Position numbers and translations under genes: made by a program | Shown: in pieces, positions 8,295-16,857 of the stretch | How positions within the stretch are numbered: the first letter of the stretch is position 1 | Layout: every line of letters begins with the position of its first letter | The notes under the pieces: model-generated | Database searches by the model: none | The model's input: the letters and a program-made list of their open reading frames with translations, nothing else | Told to the model about the DNA's origin: nothing | Source of the DNA: Paracoccus suum | GTDB lineage: Bacteria; Pseudomonadota; Alphaproteobacteria; Rhodobacterales; Rhodobacteraceae | Assembly: GCF_003324675.1 (NCBI RefSeq) | Contig: NZ_CP030918.1 | Location: 390,001-422,000 of the forward strand | Reading direction: 5' to 3' | DNA length: 32,000 bases

Positions 8295-8520
8295 TCCCGC
8301 CTTTGAAGATGACTAGGGCGATGATGCCCCACAGGATTGTCGTGATCACCGTCGTCCACAGCGCCTTGCGGCGCAGCGCCGGCTCGTGCGGCGCGCCGGC
8401 CGGCGTGCCGGGTACGACCTCGCCCATGTCGGCCTGGCTGCGCTGGCCAATCGGCAACAAGACGAACATGACCAGAAACCACAGCACGGCATACAGGACG
8501 ACTCCGCCGGTAAGGTTCAT
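8248..8520 (-). CDS. DUF1467 family small membrane protein
   Basis: MNLTGGVVLYAVLWFLVMFVLLPIGQRSQADMGEVVPGTPAGAP...ILWGIIALVI has two TM helices and the LP.G.RSQ motif I associate with alphaproteobacterial DUF1467. Start at ATG 8520 rather than 8562. Confidence 0.7.
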   Translation of the reverse strand: MNLTGGVVLYAVLWFLVMFVLLPIGQRSQADMGEVVPGTPAGAPHEPALRRKALWTTVITTILWGIIALVIFKGGITRADIGTWDQILRR

Positions 8521-8585
8521 TGCGCATCCTTTCGTCTCAAGCTGTCCTTCTACAGGGCACACCCTCGGTTGAAAAGAACGGGGCC

Positions 8586-8602
8586 GTTAACGGCGCATTA
8601 AG
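8586..8602 (-). promoter_or_regulatory. Exact CtrA-box consensus (TTAA-N7-TTAAC)
   Basis: Minus-strand reading is TTAATGCGCCGTTAAC. Lies in the divergent intergenic region between DUF1467 (ATG 8520) and the response regulator (ATG 8664). Confidence 0.5.
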
Positions 8603-8663
8603 CGGCCGGGCTTTCTAATGGGCTCAGAAGGGCGATTCGCCCCGGACCAGAAGGGGACCCAAG

Positions 8664-9416
8664 ATGATGCAGCTGCATGTGAACAAGCAGCCACCCGAGC
8701 ACCCGCCGGCGGTCGCTGCGCCTGCCCGGACCGCCGCGCGGCCGCTTGCCGGGCTGACGGTGCTGGTGGTCGAGGATTCGCGCGTCGCCAGTGAGGCAGT
8801 GCGCCTGATCTGCCTGCGCTCGGGTGCGCGCATTCGCCGCGCCGACTGCCTCGCCTCGGCGCGCCGTCACCTCGCCACCTACCGCCCGGCGGTGGTTTTG
8901 GTCGACATGGGCCTGCCCGACGGCGACGGGGCCGAGTTGATTCGCGCGATTGCCCACATCGCCCCCCGCGTCCCGGTCATCCTGGGAATCTCGGGCGAGC
9001 CCGCTGCCCGTGGCCGCGCCCTCGCCGCCGGCGCGCAGGACTTCCTGACCAAGCCCGTCGAGAGCGTGGCGGTATTCCAGCAGACGATCCTGAACGCCCT
9101 GCCCGAGGACGCGCGCCCCAAGGGCCCGCGCATCCTGCCGACCGAGCTGGTGGTGCCAGATGCCGCCGCTCTGCGGGACGATCTGGCCCATGCCGCGACC
9201 TTGCTGGAGGACGGAGTCGAGCGAAGCGACCGGACCTACCTCGGCCGTTTTGTCGCCGGTGTCGCGCGATCCGCCCATGACGCGGCGCTGGAGGACGCGG
9301 CCGAGGTGATGCTGTCCGATCAGGCGCGCAGTACCGACCGCGCCAGCCCGATGCCCGCGGTCCATCGCCTTCAGGCGCTGCTGCGCAAGCGGCTGTCGGA
9401 TCTGCGCGCGGTGTAA
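8664..9416 (+). CDS. Orphan response regulator: CheY-like receiver domain plus an uncharacterised C-terminal region of about 100 aa
   Basis: LTVLVVEDSRV...VVLVDMGLPDGDGAELI...ILGISG...DFLTKP contains the acidic pocket, phospho-acceptor Asp, Ser/Thr and Lys of a receiver domain. No histidine kinase gene is adjacent. AAGGGGA Shine-Dalgarno upstream. Confidence 0.85.
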   Translation: MMQLHVNKQPPEHPPAVAAPARTAARPLAGLTVLVVEDSRVASEAVRLICLRSGARIRRADCLASARRHLATYRPAVVLVDMGLPDGDGAELIRAIAHIAPRVPVILGISGEPAARGRALAAGAQDFLTKPVESVAVFQQTILNALPEDARPKGPRILPTELVVPDAAALRDDLAHAATLLEDGVERSDRTYLGRFVAGVARSAHDAALEDAAEVMLSDQARSTDRASPMPAVHRLQALLRKRLSDLRAV

Positions 9417-9438
9417 CGCAGCGACAGGCGCCAGCCGG

Positions 9439-10149
9439 TCAGCCTGCCTGCCGGTCACGCCCCATCAGGGGCTCGCGCTGACGGCCCTCGGCGTCGAAAT
9501 TCGACGGCGCCAACCAGGCGTCCCAGCGCGCGCGAATGGCGGGCCAGTCGCGATCCGTCATCGCAAACCAGGCGGTATCGCGATTGCGGCCCTTGATGAT
9601 CATGTGCTGGCGAAATACCCCCTCGGGGGAAAATCCATAGCGGTCCGCGGCCGCGCGAGAGGGGGCATTCAGCGCGTCGCATTTCCATTCCACGCGGCGA
9701 TAGCCGTTCCGGAACGCCCAGCCGACCATCAGCATGATCGCCTCGCTCGCCGCGGTGGTACGCTGCATGGCGGGGGTGATCATGATATGGCCGACCTCGA
9801 TCACCCCATTCGGGACGTCGACGCGCATCAGCGAGCCGAGGCCCAAGGCCCGTCCGCTCGCCTTGTCGACAAAGGCATAAAAGCAGGGATCGCGGCCGGC
9901 CTCGACTCCCTCCATCCAAGCCCGGTATTCGGCCTCGGACCGAAACGGGCCGTATCCGAGATAGTCCCAGATCCAGTCCGCCCCATGGGCGGCCGCGTGG
10001 ATGTCAGCGGCGTGCCGCGCCGCGTTCAGACGTTCGAGCCGGACGGTGCGCCCCTCGATCACCGCGTCATCGCCCGGCGCGGGCGGCGGGGTAAAGCCGA
10101 CGACCGTCTCATCGATCGGGCGGGTCGGATCGGCGGGGGACTGGGACAT
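9439..10149 (-). CDS. GNAT family N-acetyltransferase (RimJ/RimL-like)
   Basis: VRLERL...GVIEVGHIMITPAMQRTTAASEAIMLMVGWAFRNGYRRVEWKCDALNAPSRAAADRYGFSPEGVFRQH is typical of Acetyltransf_3/RimJ-like proteins. ATG at 10149 (MSQSP...). Confidence 0.85.
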   Translation of the reverse strand: MSQSPADPTRPIDETVVGFTPPPAPGDDAVIEGRTVRLERLNAARHAADIHAAAHGADWIWDYLGYGPFRSEAEYRAWMEGVEAGRDPCFYAFVDKASGRALGLGSLMRVDVPNGVIEVGHIMITPAMQRTTAASEAIMLMVGWAFRNGYRRVEWKCDALNAPSRAAADRYGFSPEGVFRQHMIIKGRNRDTAWFAMTDRDWPAIRARWDAWLAPSNFDAEGRQREPLMGRDRQAG

Positions 10150-10260
10150 GACGACCTCGCTGCTGGTTGCGGGCAGCATGGCGGTCCCGGCAATTTGCGC
10201 AAGGGTGGGAGGAGTTGCCCGCGCCCGGCTGCCTTCGCGCGCGAGCGAAAGCGGCGTGCC

Positions 10261-11457
10261 CTACAGCAGAATCCCCGGATTCTGCCCAAGATCCAGCCCG
10301 GGAAATACCGTCCCGGTCAACCGCGTGGCGTCAATGCCGAACAGCCCGGCCATGGCCCAGGCGGGATAGGCGCGCACGTCGCGGGTCGGCATCAGGTCGC
10401 GGTCCTCGAACAGCTTGCCATCCGCAAGGCCCGGCCAGTCGCCATAAACCCGCCCGCCGCGGACCGCGCCGCCCGCCATCAGCATCGCCCCGCCGGTGCC
10501 GTGGTCGGTGCCCTGCGTTCCGTTCTGTCGCACGGTGCGCCCGAACTCGGTCAGGGCCATGACCGTGGTCCTGTCCCAATGCGGACCCAGATCGCGCTGC
10601 AGGGTCAGGATCGCCTCGGCCAGTTGCTTCAGCGCGCCGCCCAGCACGCCCGGTTGGTTCTTGTGCGAATCCCAGCCGGTTATCGAGAAGCTGGCGATCC
10701 GCGCCTCCTCATTCAGGCGCGCAGCGCTGTAGGCGGCCAGCCGCGCCGCGTTCGAGGGGCGCGGCGCGTCCTTGGCCTGGGGGGCGGCGTCGGCGTTCAT
10801 CACCTCGGTCGCGCGGGTGTCGATCTCGATCGCGGCCTCGGCCGCCTGTCGGAACAGGGGATCGTCATGATAGACTTGGCCTAGCAGCAGTTGCGCCTGC
10901 GGGGTCAGGGCCAGATCGGTATCGGGCTCCCAACTGCGGATCGGGGCTCGCCCGGCCAGCAGCAGCATCTCCTGCGCGCCCACCGACCAAGCAGTCTCGG
11001 CGCTCGTCTCGGGCATGGTCTGCAGCAGCCGGTTCAGCCAGCCGTCCTGGCTGGACGGTACCGGGCCGTTGCCGGCAATCCCGGCCTCCAGCAGGTCCTG
11101 CCCATCGAAATGGCTGCGCTTGTCGCGATAGGGCGTCGCGACCGCATGGGCGAAGGCCAGCTGTCCCTTTTGCCACAGCGGCATCAGCGACTTCAGCGCG
11201 GGGTGCATGGCATAGAACCCGTCGAGGTCCAGCGCCCCGCCCTGCGGTCCCATGCTGAGGGCAGGGCGCAGGCGGCGCAGGTCCGGATCTCCATAGGGCT
11301 GCACGACATCAAGGCCGTCCATCGCGCCGCGCAGGATGATGACCACCAGCCGGTTCTCGCCGGGCATCGCAGCAAAGCTGACCGGTGTGAACAGCGGCAT
11401 GGCCGCGGCAGAGCAGCCGATCAGCGCCGCACCCTTCAGGAAAAAGCGTCGGTCCAT
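10261..11457 (-). CDS. DUF1501 domain protein (sulfatase/alkaline-phosphatase-like fold) with a Tat signal
   Basis: MDRRFFLKGAALIGCSAAA twin-arginine leader. ...WDSHKNQ...ALTEFGRTVRQNGTQGTDHGTGGAMLMAGG is a typical DUF1501 C-terminal signature. Confidence 0.85.
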   Translation of the reverse strand: MDRRFFLKGAALIGCSAAAMPLFTPVSFAAMPGENRLVVIILRGAMDGLDVVQPYGDPDLRRLRPALSMGPQGGALDLDGFYAMHPALKSLMPLWQKGQLAFAHAVATPYRDKRSHFDGQDLLEAGIAGNGPVPSSQDGWLNRLLQTMPETSAETAWSVGAQEMLLLAGRAPIRSWEPDTDLALTPQAQLLLGQVYHDDPLFRQAAEAAIEIDTRATEVMNADAAPQAKDAPRPSNAARLAAYSAARLNEEARIASFSITGWDSHKNQPGVLGGALKQLAEAILTLQRDLGPHWDRTTVMALTEFGRTVRQNGTQGTDHGTGGAMLMAGGAVRGGRVYGDWPGLADGKLFEDRDLMPTRDVRAYPAWAMAGLFGIDATRLTGTVFPGLDLGQNPGILL

Positions 11458-11468
11458 CGTCCGCCCCC

Positions 11469-12899
11469 TCAGCGCCGGTTGAAGTCGTTGGAGGCGAGGA
11501 CGACGCCCAGCCCATCGCGGATCGATTCCGCCCGCGGCACCGCGCGCGCCAGCAATTCGGACTCGGTCCCGCCAAGCGCGGCTTGCATGAAGTTCCGCGG
11601 ATCGGGCAGTTCAGGCAGCAGGATGCGCGGCGCGCTCATCGCCCAGTCGATGCGCTGGGCCAGAAGTTGCGGATTGATCCAGGCCTCGGCCGCTTCCTTC
11701 CAGCCGTCGGGGCCGGAGGGGTTCATGAACGGCTGGCCCATCAGCGCCATCGCCCGGTTGAACCAGCGGCGCGATTGCTGGTCCGGCAGGCCGAGGATCG
11801 ACTGCCGGTCCATCCCCAGCGCGCGCAGGCCGCTGGCGATATAGTCAAAGGGCTGGCGCACCTTGCCGCGGAAATGCTGGGCCAGTTGCGGGTGGGAGAC
11901 CAGAACGGCATAGACCGCCGGCAAATCGCCATTCTTGCCCCAGGCTGCCGCCAGGTCCGACACGAGGGCATCGTCCGGCTCGTCGGCGACGAAATGCACG
12001 GCCAGCTTGCGGGCGACGAACTTCGCCGTTTCGGGGCGGTTGGCCAGAACCGCAAACATCTGGTGAATCGCGTCGATCCCGTCCCGGCGGCCGCCGCCGA
12101 AGGTCTGTCCCAGCACGGTCTCGGCCCCCGGCTGGGCACGGCGCGGGAAATACCGCTGGTCGGGATCGTCCGGCACATAACCGAGGCCGGTCAGAAGGTT
12201 GGCAAGCTGCCGCACGTCCTGTTGGGTGTAGCCCGCGCCGACCCCGAGGGTGTGCAACTCCATCATCTCGCGCGCCAGGTTCTCGTTCAGGCCGACCTGC
12301 TTGGGCTTCTTGGCCTTGCGGGCGAAGGGCGAGCGGTCGCCCACAGACTGGGTCTGGTCCAGATAAAGCAGCATCGCCGGATGCGTCTCGGCGGCGGTCA
12401 GCAGGTCCAGGAAACTGCCGTTGATATTGGGGCGGATCGCCTCCTCGACAAAGGCTACCACCATCGGCGCGACGCCGGGGCCTTGCGGGTTGACCGTGAA
12501 ATGGTCGGACCAGAACTGCACCAGGCGCTCGCCAAAGCCGACCTGCGCCGTGGCGCAATCGGCCATCCTGAGGCGCGAGAACATGGCCCGGCGATCGACC
12601 ATGGTGCGGCGCACCTCCTTGGCCTCGGGCGAATCGGGGGTGCCGGCGTCGCGTGCCTTCTTGTCGATTTCGCGGAAATGCAGGTGCATCTGCTGCGCCT
12701 GGGCGGTGGTCAGCGACGGCGCAGCGGCCGCGGTCGCAGCGACATCAGCCAGCACGGCCGCCGGATCAGCGGGCGGGGGCAGGACCGGCGACAGGCCAAA
12801 GCCAAGACGTATCGCGGCGAGTTCGGGAAATTGGACAGTCACCGGGTCTCTCGCATTTGCGGCGGACGGCCGGGGGGTCGGCCAGGTGGAGGATGCCAC
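11469..12899 (-). CDS. DUF1800 domain protein
   Basis: ...LAAIRLGFGLSP...FWSDHFTV...LHTLGVGAGYTQQDV... are DUF1800 hallmarks. Sits 11 nt upstream of DUF1501 on the same strand. The start is uncertain: GTG at 12899 (longest) or GTG at 12842 (VTVQFPELAAIRLGFG). Confidence 0.8.
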   Translation of the reverse strand: MASSTWPTPRPSAANARDPVTVQFPELAAIRLGFGLSPVLPPPADPAAVLADVAATAAAAPSLTTAQAQQMHLHFREIDKKARDAGTPDSPEAKEVRRTMVDRRAMFSRLRMADCATAQVGFGERLVQFWSDHFTVNPQGPGVAPMVVAFVEEAIRPNINGSFLDLLTAAETHPAMLLYLDQTQSVGDRSPFARKAKKPKQVGLNENLAREMMELHTLGVGAGYTQQDVRQLANLLTGLGYVPDDPDQRYFPRRAQPGAETVLGQTFGGGRRDGIDAIHQMFAVLANRPETAKFVARKLAVHFVADEPDDALVSDLAAAWGKNGDLPAVYAVLVSHPQLAQHFRGKVRQPFDYIASGLRALGMDRQSILGLPDQQSRRWFNRAMALMGQPFMNPSGPDGWKEAAEAWINPQLLAQRIDWAMSAPRILLPELPDPRNFMQAALGGTESELLARAVPRAESIRDGLGVVLASNDFNRR

Positions 12900-12919
12900 C
12901 CGGCCCGGGTAAAGTCACT

Positions 12920-14695
12920 TCACTCCTTCGGGACCGCCCGAAGGCGCAGATCGCGCATCTGCTCGTTCGTCGGCTCGGACGGGGCGCCCATCATCACGTC
13001 CTCGGCCCGCTGGTTCATCGGGAACATGATGACCTCGCGGATGTTGCTCTCGTCCGCCAGCAGCATGACGATGCGGTCGATGCCGGCGGCACAGCCGCCG
13101 TGGGGCGGGGCGCCATAGCGGAAGGCCTTGACCATGCCGCCAAAGCGTTTTTCGACCTCGGACTTGTCATACCCCGCCAGCTCGAACGCCTTGAACATGA
13201 CCTCCGGCGTGTGATTGCGGATGCCGCCCGAGATCAGCTCATAGCCGTTGCAGGCCAGGTCATACTGATAGGCCAGCACCTTCAGCGGATCGCCTGCTAG
13301 AGCCTCCATCCCGCCCTGCGGCATGCTGAACGGGTTATGGCTGAAGTCGATTTTGCCGTCGTCGCCGCGTTCGTACATCGGGAAATCGACGATCCAGGCG
13401 AACTTGAACTGATTTTCGTCGATCAGGCCAAGCTCGCGCCCGATCTCGGTCCGGGCGCGGCCTGCGACCGCCTCGAAGTCCGAGGGCTTGCCGCCGAGGA
13501 AGAAGGCAGCATCGCCTTCCCCCAATCCCAGTTGGACTCGGATCGCCTCGGTCGGCTCGGCGCCGAGGGCCTTGGCGATAGGGCCGGCGGCCTCGGTGCT
13601 GCCATCCTCGGCCTTGCGCCAGATGATGTAACCCATCCCCGGAAGGCCCTGCTGTTGCGCAAAGGCGTTCATCCGGTCGGCGAACTTGCGGCTGCCGCCG
13701 GTCGGCGCGGGAATGGCGCGGACCTCGGTGCCCGACTGCTCGAGCAGCTTGGCAAAGATGCCAAAGCCCGAGCCGCGGAAATGGTCCGACACGTCCTGCA
13801 TCTCGATCGGGTTGCGCAGGTCGGGCTTGTCGGTGCCGTATTTCCTCAGCGAGTCGGCATAGGCGATCAGCGGCCAGTCGCTGTCGACGCGGCGGCCGCC
13901 CCCGAACTCCTCGAACAGGCCCTGGATGACCGGCTGAACTGCGGCAAAGACGTCCTTCTGCTCGACAAACGACATCTCGACATCAAGCTGGTAGAAGTCG
14001 GTCGGCGAGCGATCGGCGCGCGGGTCCTCGTCGCGGAAGCAGGGCGCGATCTGGAAATAACGGTCAAAGCCCGCGACCATGATCAGCTGCTTGAACTGCT
14101 GCGGGGCCTGCGGCAGGGCATAGAACTTGCCCGGATGCAGGCGCGAGGGCACCAGGAAGTCGCGCGCGCCCTCGGGCGATGAGGCGGTGATGATCGGGGT
14201 CTGGAACTCGGTAAAGCCGGCGTCCCACATGGAATCGCGCAGCCATTTGATGACGCGCGCGCGCAGCATGATGTTGTCGTGCAGCGACTGCCGGCGCAGG
14301 TCCAAAAAGCGATACGCGAGGCGCGTTTCCTCGGGGTAGTCCTGATCGCCGAACACCGGCAGCGGCAGATCGTCGGACGGGCCGAGGACCGTCGCGGCGG
14401 TGGCATAGACCTCGATCTCGCCGGTCGGCAGCTTGGGGTTCACGAGGCTCGCGTCGCGCAGCCTGACCTTGCCGTCAATCTGCACGACCGTTTCGGCCCG
14501 CAGCTTTTCCAGCGTCGCAAAGGCCGGGCTCTCGCTGTCGGCGATGATCTGGGTGATGCCGTAGTGATCGCGCAGATCGATGAACAGCATGCCGCCATGG
14601 TCGCGGACCCGGTGGACCCAGCCCGACAGGCGGACCTCGGCCCCGGCATCGGCGGCGGTAAGCTGGCCGCAGGTGTGGGTGCGGTAGGCAGTCAT
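12920..14695 (-). CDS. aspS: Aspartate--tRNA ligase (probably the non-discriminating Asp-tRNA(Asp/Asn) type, as in most alphaproteobacteria)
   Basis: [49 protein letters not shown]...[18 protein letters not shown]...GGIRNH...[12 protein letters not shown] are class II AspRS motifs. Confidence 0.97.
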   Translation of the reverse strand: MTAYRTHTCGQLTAADAGAEVRLSGWVHRVRDHGGMLFIDLRDHYGITQIIADSESPAFATLEKLRAETVVQIDGKVRLRDASLVNPKLPTGEIEVYATAATVLGPSDDLPLPVFGDQDYPEETRLAYRFLDLRRQSLHDNIMLRARVIKWLRDSMWDAGFTEFQTPIITASSPEGARDFLVPSRLHPGKFYALPQAPQQFKQLIMVAGFDRYFQIAPCFRDEDPRADRSPTDFYQLDVEMSFVEQKDVFAAVQPVIQGLFEEFGGGRRVDSDWPLIAYADSLRKYGTDKPDLRNPIEMQDVSDHFRGSGFGIFAKLLEQSGTEVRAIPAPTGGSRKFADRMNAFAQQQGLPGMGYIIWRKAEDGSTEAAGPIAKALGAEPTEAIRVQLGLGEGDAAFFLGGKPSDFEAVAGRARTEIGRELGLIDENQFKFAWIVDFPMYERGDDGKIDFSHNPFSMPQGGMEALAGDPLKVLAYQYDLACNGYELISGGIRNHTPEVMFKAFELAGYDKSEVEKRFGGMVKAFRYGAPPHGGCAAGIDRIVMLLADESNIREVIMFPMNQRAEDVMMGAPSEPTNEQMRDLRLRAVPKE

Positions 14696-14854
14696 GGCAT
14701 TCCTCGGATCTCTCGGCGGGCCCCCGGTCGGGTGGGGCCGATCAATCGCGTCATTCCGGCGAAGTCAAGCGCCCGGCGGGCCGGCGGGCCTTTCACTCCG
14801 CCACCCGGGCTGGCAAGATGATCGCCGTAGCAGCGAATTCCCAGGAATTGACGA

Positions 14855-16096
14855 ATGCTCGAACGCGCGCTCGATGCGCTTTTGCGCCGCCTCATCCGTC
14901 GGGGCGGGCTCAGCGTTACCTATCCTGATGGCAGCACCCGCCGGTACGGACCCGGCGCGGGCCCCCCGCCCCCCGCCAATGGCCCCCGCAGCGAAACGCC
15001 GGTTCCGGGAGAGGTTGCGGTCACCATCCATGACAAGGCCACGATCCGCGCCATGTTGCGCGATCCCGACCTCGGCGTGGCCGAAGCCTACATGAACCAG
15101 CGGCTGACGATCGAGCATGACGACCTGCGCGGTTTCCTGACGCTCGCCATCGGCAACCGCGCCGACAATCCGCCGGCCTATGCGCTGTGGCGGATGCTGC
15201 CCTTGCGGCGGCGGATAAGGCGGCTGCTGCAGTGGAACCCGGCCCCGCGGGCGCGTCACAACGTGGCACATCACTACGATCTGTCCGGTGCCCTCTATGA
15301 TCTGTTCCTCGACCGGGACCGGCAATACTCCTGCGCCTATTTCCCGACGCCCGACCTGACGCTGGACGAGGCGCAGGAGGCGAAAAAGCGCCACATCATC
15401 AAGAAGCTGGCGTTGCGGCCGGGCATGTCGGTCCTCGACATCGGCTGCGGCTGGGGGGGCATGGCGCTGACCCTGGCGCGTGATTACGGCGTCCGCGTCA
15501 CCGGGATCACCCTCTCGGAGGAGCAGTTGGCCCTCGGGCGCAAGCGGGTGGCCGAGGCCGGCCTCGAGGATCTCATCACGCTGGAGCTTCGCGACTATCG
15601 CGATGTTCGCGGCCAGTTCGACCGCATCGTTTCGGTTGGCATGTTCGAGCATGTGGGCGGACCGCACTACCGGCGCTATTTCCGCTGCGTGCGCGAGCTG
15701 TTGACCGAAGATGGAGTGGCCTTGATCCACACCATCGGCGTCAATGGCCCGCCCGCCGCCACATCCAGCTTTATTCGCCGCTATATCTTTCCCGGCGGGG
15801 CCCTGCCCTCGTTGTCGGAAATCGCCCGCGCGGTCGAGCTTGAAAAGCTCTTCTTCACCGATATCGAGGTGCTACGCCGCCACTATGCCGAGACGCTGAA
15901 GAAATGGGAGGAACGCTTCACGGCCCATGCGGCCGAAGCCGAGGCCCTCTATGATCAGCGGTTCGTGCGCATGTGGCGCTACTACCTTCTGGGGTCAGAG
16001 ATGACCTTCCGGCTGCACGATCTGGTCAATTTCCAGCTTCAGTTGACCCGCCGCAACGACGTGCTGCCGATCACCCGCGACTACATGATGGACTAG
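14855..16096 (+). CDS. cfa: Cyclopropane-fatty-acyl-phospholipid synthase family SAM-dependent methyltransferase
   Basis: HYDLSGALYDLFLDRDRQYSCAYF...VLDIGCGWGGMALTLA...SVGMFEHVG...YIFPGGALPS are canonical CFA synthase motifs. Confidence 0.9.
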   Translation: MLERALDALLRRLIRRGGLSVTYPDGSTRRYGPGAGPPPPANGPRSETPVPGEVAVTIHDKATIRAMLRDPDLGVAEAYMNQRLTIEHDDLRGFLTLAIGNRADNPPAYALWRMLPLRRRIRRLLQWNPAPRARHNVAHHYDLSGALYDLFLDRDRQYSCAYFPTPDLTLDEAQEAKKRHIIKKLALRPGMSVLDIGCGWGGMALTLARDYGVRVTGITLSEEQLALGRKRVAEAGLEDLITLELRDYRDVRGQFDRIVSVGMFEHVGGPHYRRYFRCVRELLTEDGVALIHTIGVNGPPAATSSFIRRYIFPGGALPSLSEIARAVELEKLFFTDIEVLRRHYAETLKKWEERFTAHAAEAEALYDQRFVRMWRYYLLGSEMTFRLHDLVNFQLQLTRRNDVLPITRDYMMD

Positions 16097-16857
16097 AACG
16101 GGCGCACCACGGCGCCCGAATAGAACCACGCGCCAAGCCCGACGGCAAAGATCACGTTGCCGGCGACGGCGTGCAGCACCCAGGCCGCCGGAAAGCCGCG
16201 CGAGAGGTAGGCGCGCGCGAACAGAAAGCCGCCGACCAGCGTCATGGCCAGCACCACGGGCGACCAGTACATCAGGTGCGCGAGAGAAAAGATCGCGGCG
16301 TTGATCCAGAGCATCGCCGGTCCCCGCGGCAGCAGCGCGCGATAGCGGTGAAAGAAAAGCGCGCGAAAGACCAGCTCCTGCGGCAGGGCGGACAGGAACG
16401 GATAAAGAAGCCAGATTAGCGCCATGAACGCCGGCTGCGTGCGCAGCAGGCTGAACAGCGCGGCGGGCCGCAAGACAGAGATGACGATCAGGCCGGTGAC
16501 CAGCACCGCGGCGGCGACCAGCGCCACCTCGGCCCAGGGCACGCGGCGCCAACCGCGCACCAGCGAGCGCCATTCGAACCCGCCGGTGCGCCACAGAAGG
16601 CCGATGCCGACCAACGTCGAGGCGAAGAGGGCCGTGAACATCTGTCCCGGCGGCAGCAGCACCGCGATCGCCAGCGGCGTCAGCAGGTAGAGGGCCGCGA
16701 ACTCGGCCCACAACCAGCCGCGCCGAGGGCGGGCTAGCGCAAGTGCGTCGCCAGCCACTGACGCCACTGGGCCGAGTTGCCGGCGAACGTGTTCAGATCG
16801 ACGTTGCCGCGGATGCCCGGCACGGTCCCGGTGCCGGTATATTGCCAGAAGGTCCAA
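16093..16857 (-). CDS. CPBP (CAAX/Abi) family intramembrane endopeptidase
   Basis: Polytopic membrane protein with LPQELVFRALFF (variant of EExxxR), AAIFSLAHL (FxxxH) and LHAVAGN motifs. The start is uncertain: ATG 16857 overlaps the GH25 3' end by 124 nt, while in-frame GTGs at 16767/16758 would overlap by 34/25 nt. Confidence 0.72.
   Translation of the reverse strand: MDLLAIYRHRDRAGHPRQRRSEHVRRQLGPVASVAGDALALARPRRGWLWAEFAALYLLTPLAIAVLLPPGQMFTALFASTLVGIGLLWRTGGFEWRSLVRGWRRVPWAEVALVAAAVLVTGLIVISVLRPAALFSLLRTQPAFMALIWLLYPFLSALPQELVFRALFFHRYRALLPRGPAMLWINAAIFSLAHLMYWSPVVLAMTLVGGFLFARAYLSRGFPAAWVLHAVAGNVIFAVGLGAWFYSGAVVRPF

Noticed and set aside
8568-8590. LexA-like GAAC-N7-GTTA next to the CtrA box
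   Set aside because: The alphaproteobacterial SOS box is a GTTC/GAAC-N7 direct repeat. The second half here is TTAA and belongs to the CtrA motif.
9604-10884. 426-aa plus-strand ORF
   Set aside because: It is antisense to both the GNAT and DUF1501 genes and crosses their intergenic gap. It has Arg/Gly/Ala-rich shadow composition.
11583-13118. 511-aa plus-strand ORF, together with the nested ORFs at 11741-12558
   Set aside because: It is antisense to, or out of frame with, the DUF1800 gene and the aspS 3' end, and it has no motifs.
14765-15730. 321-aa minus-strand ORF opposite cfa
   Set aside because: The plus frame has unambiguous CFA synthase motifs, so the minus frame is a shadow.
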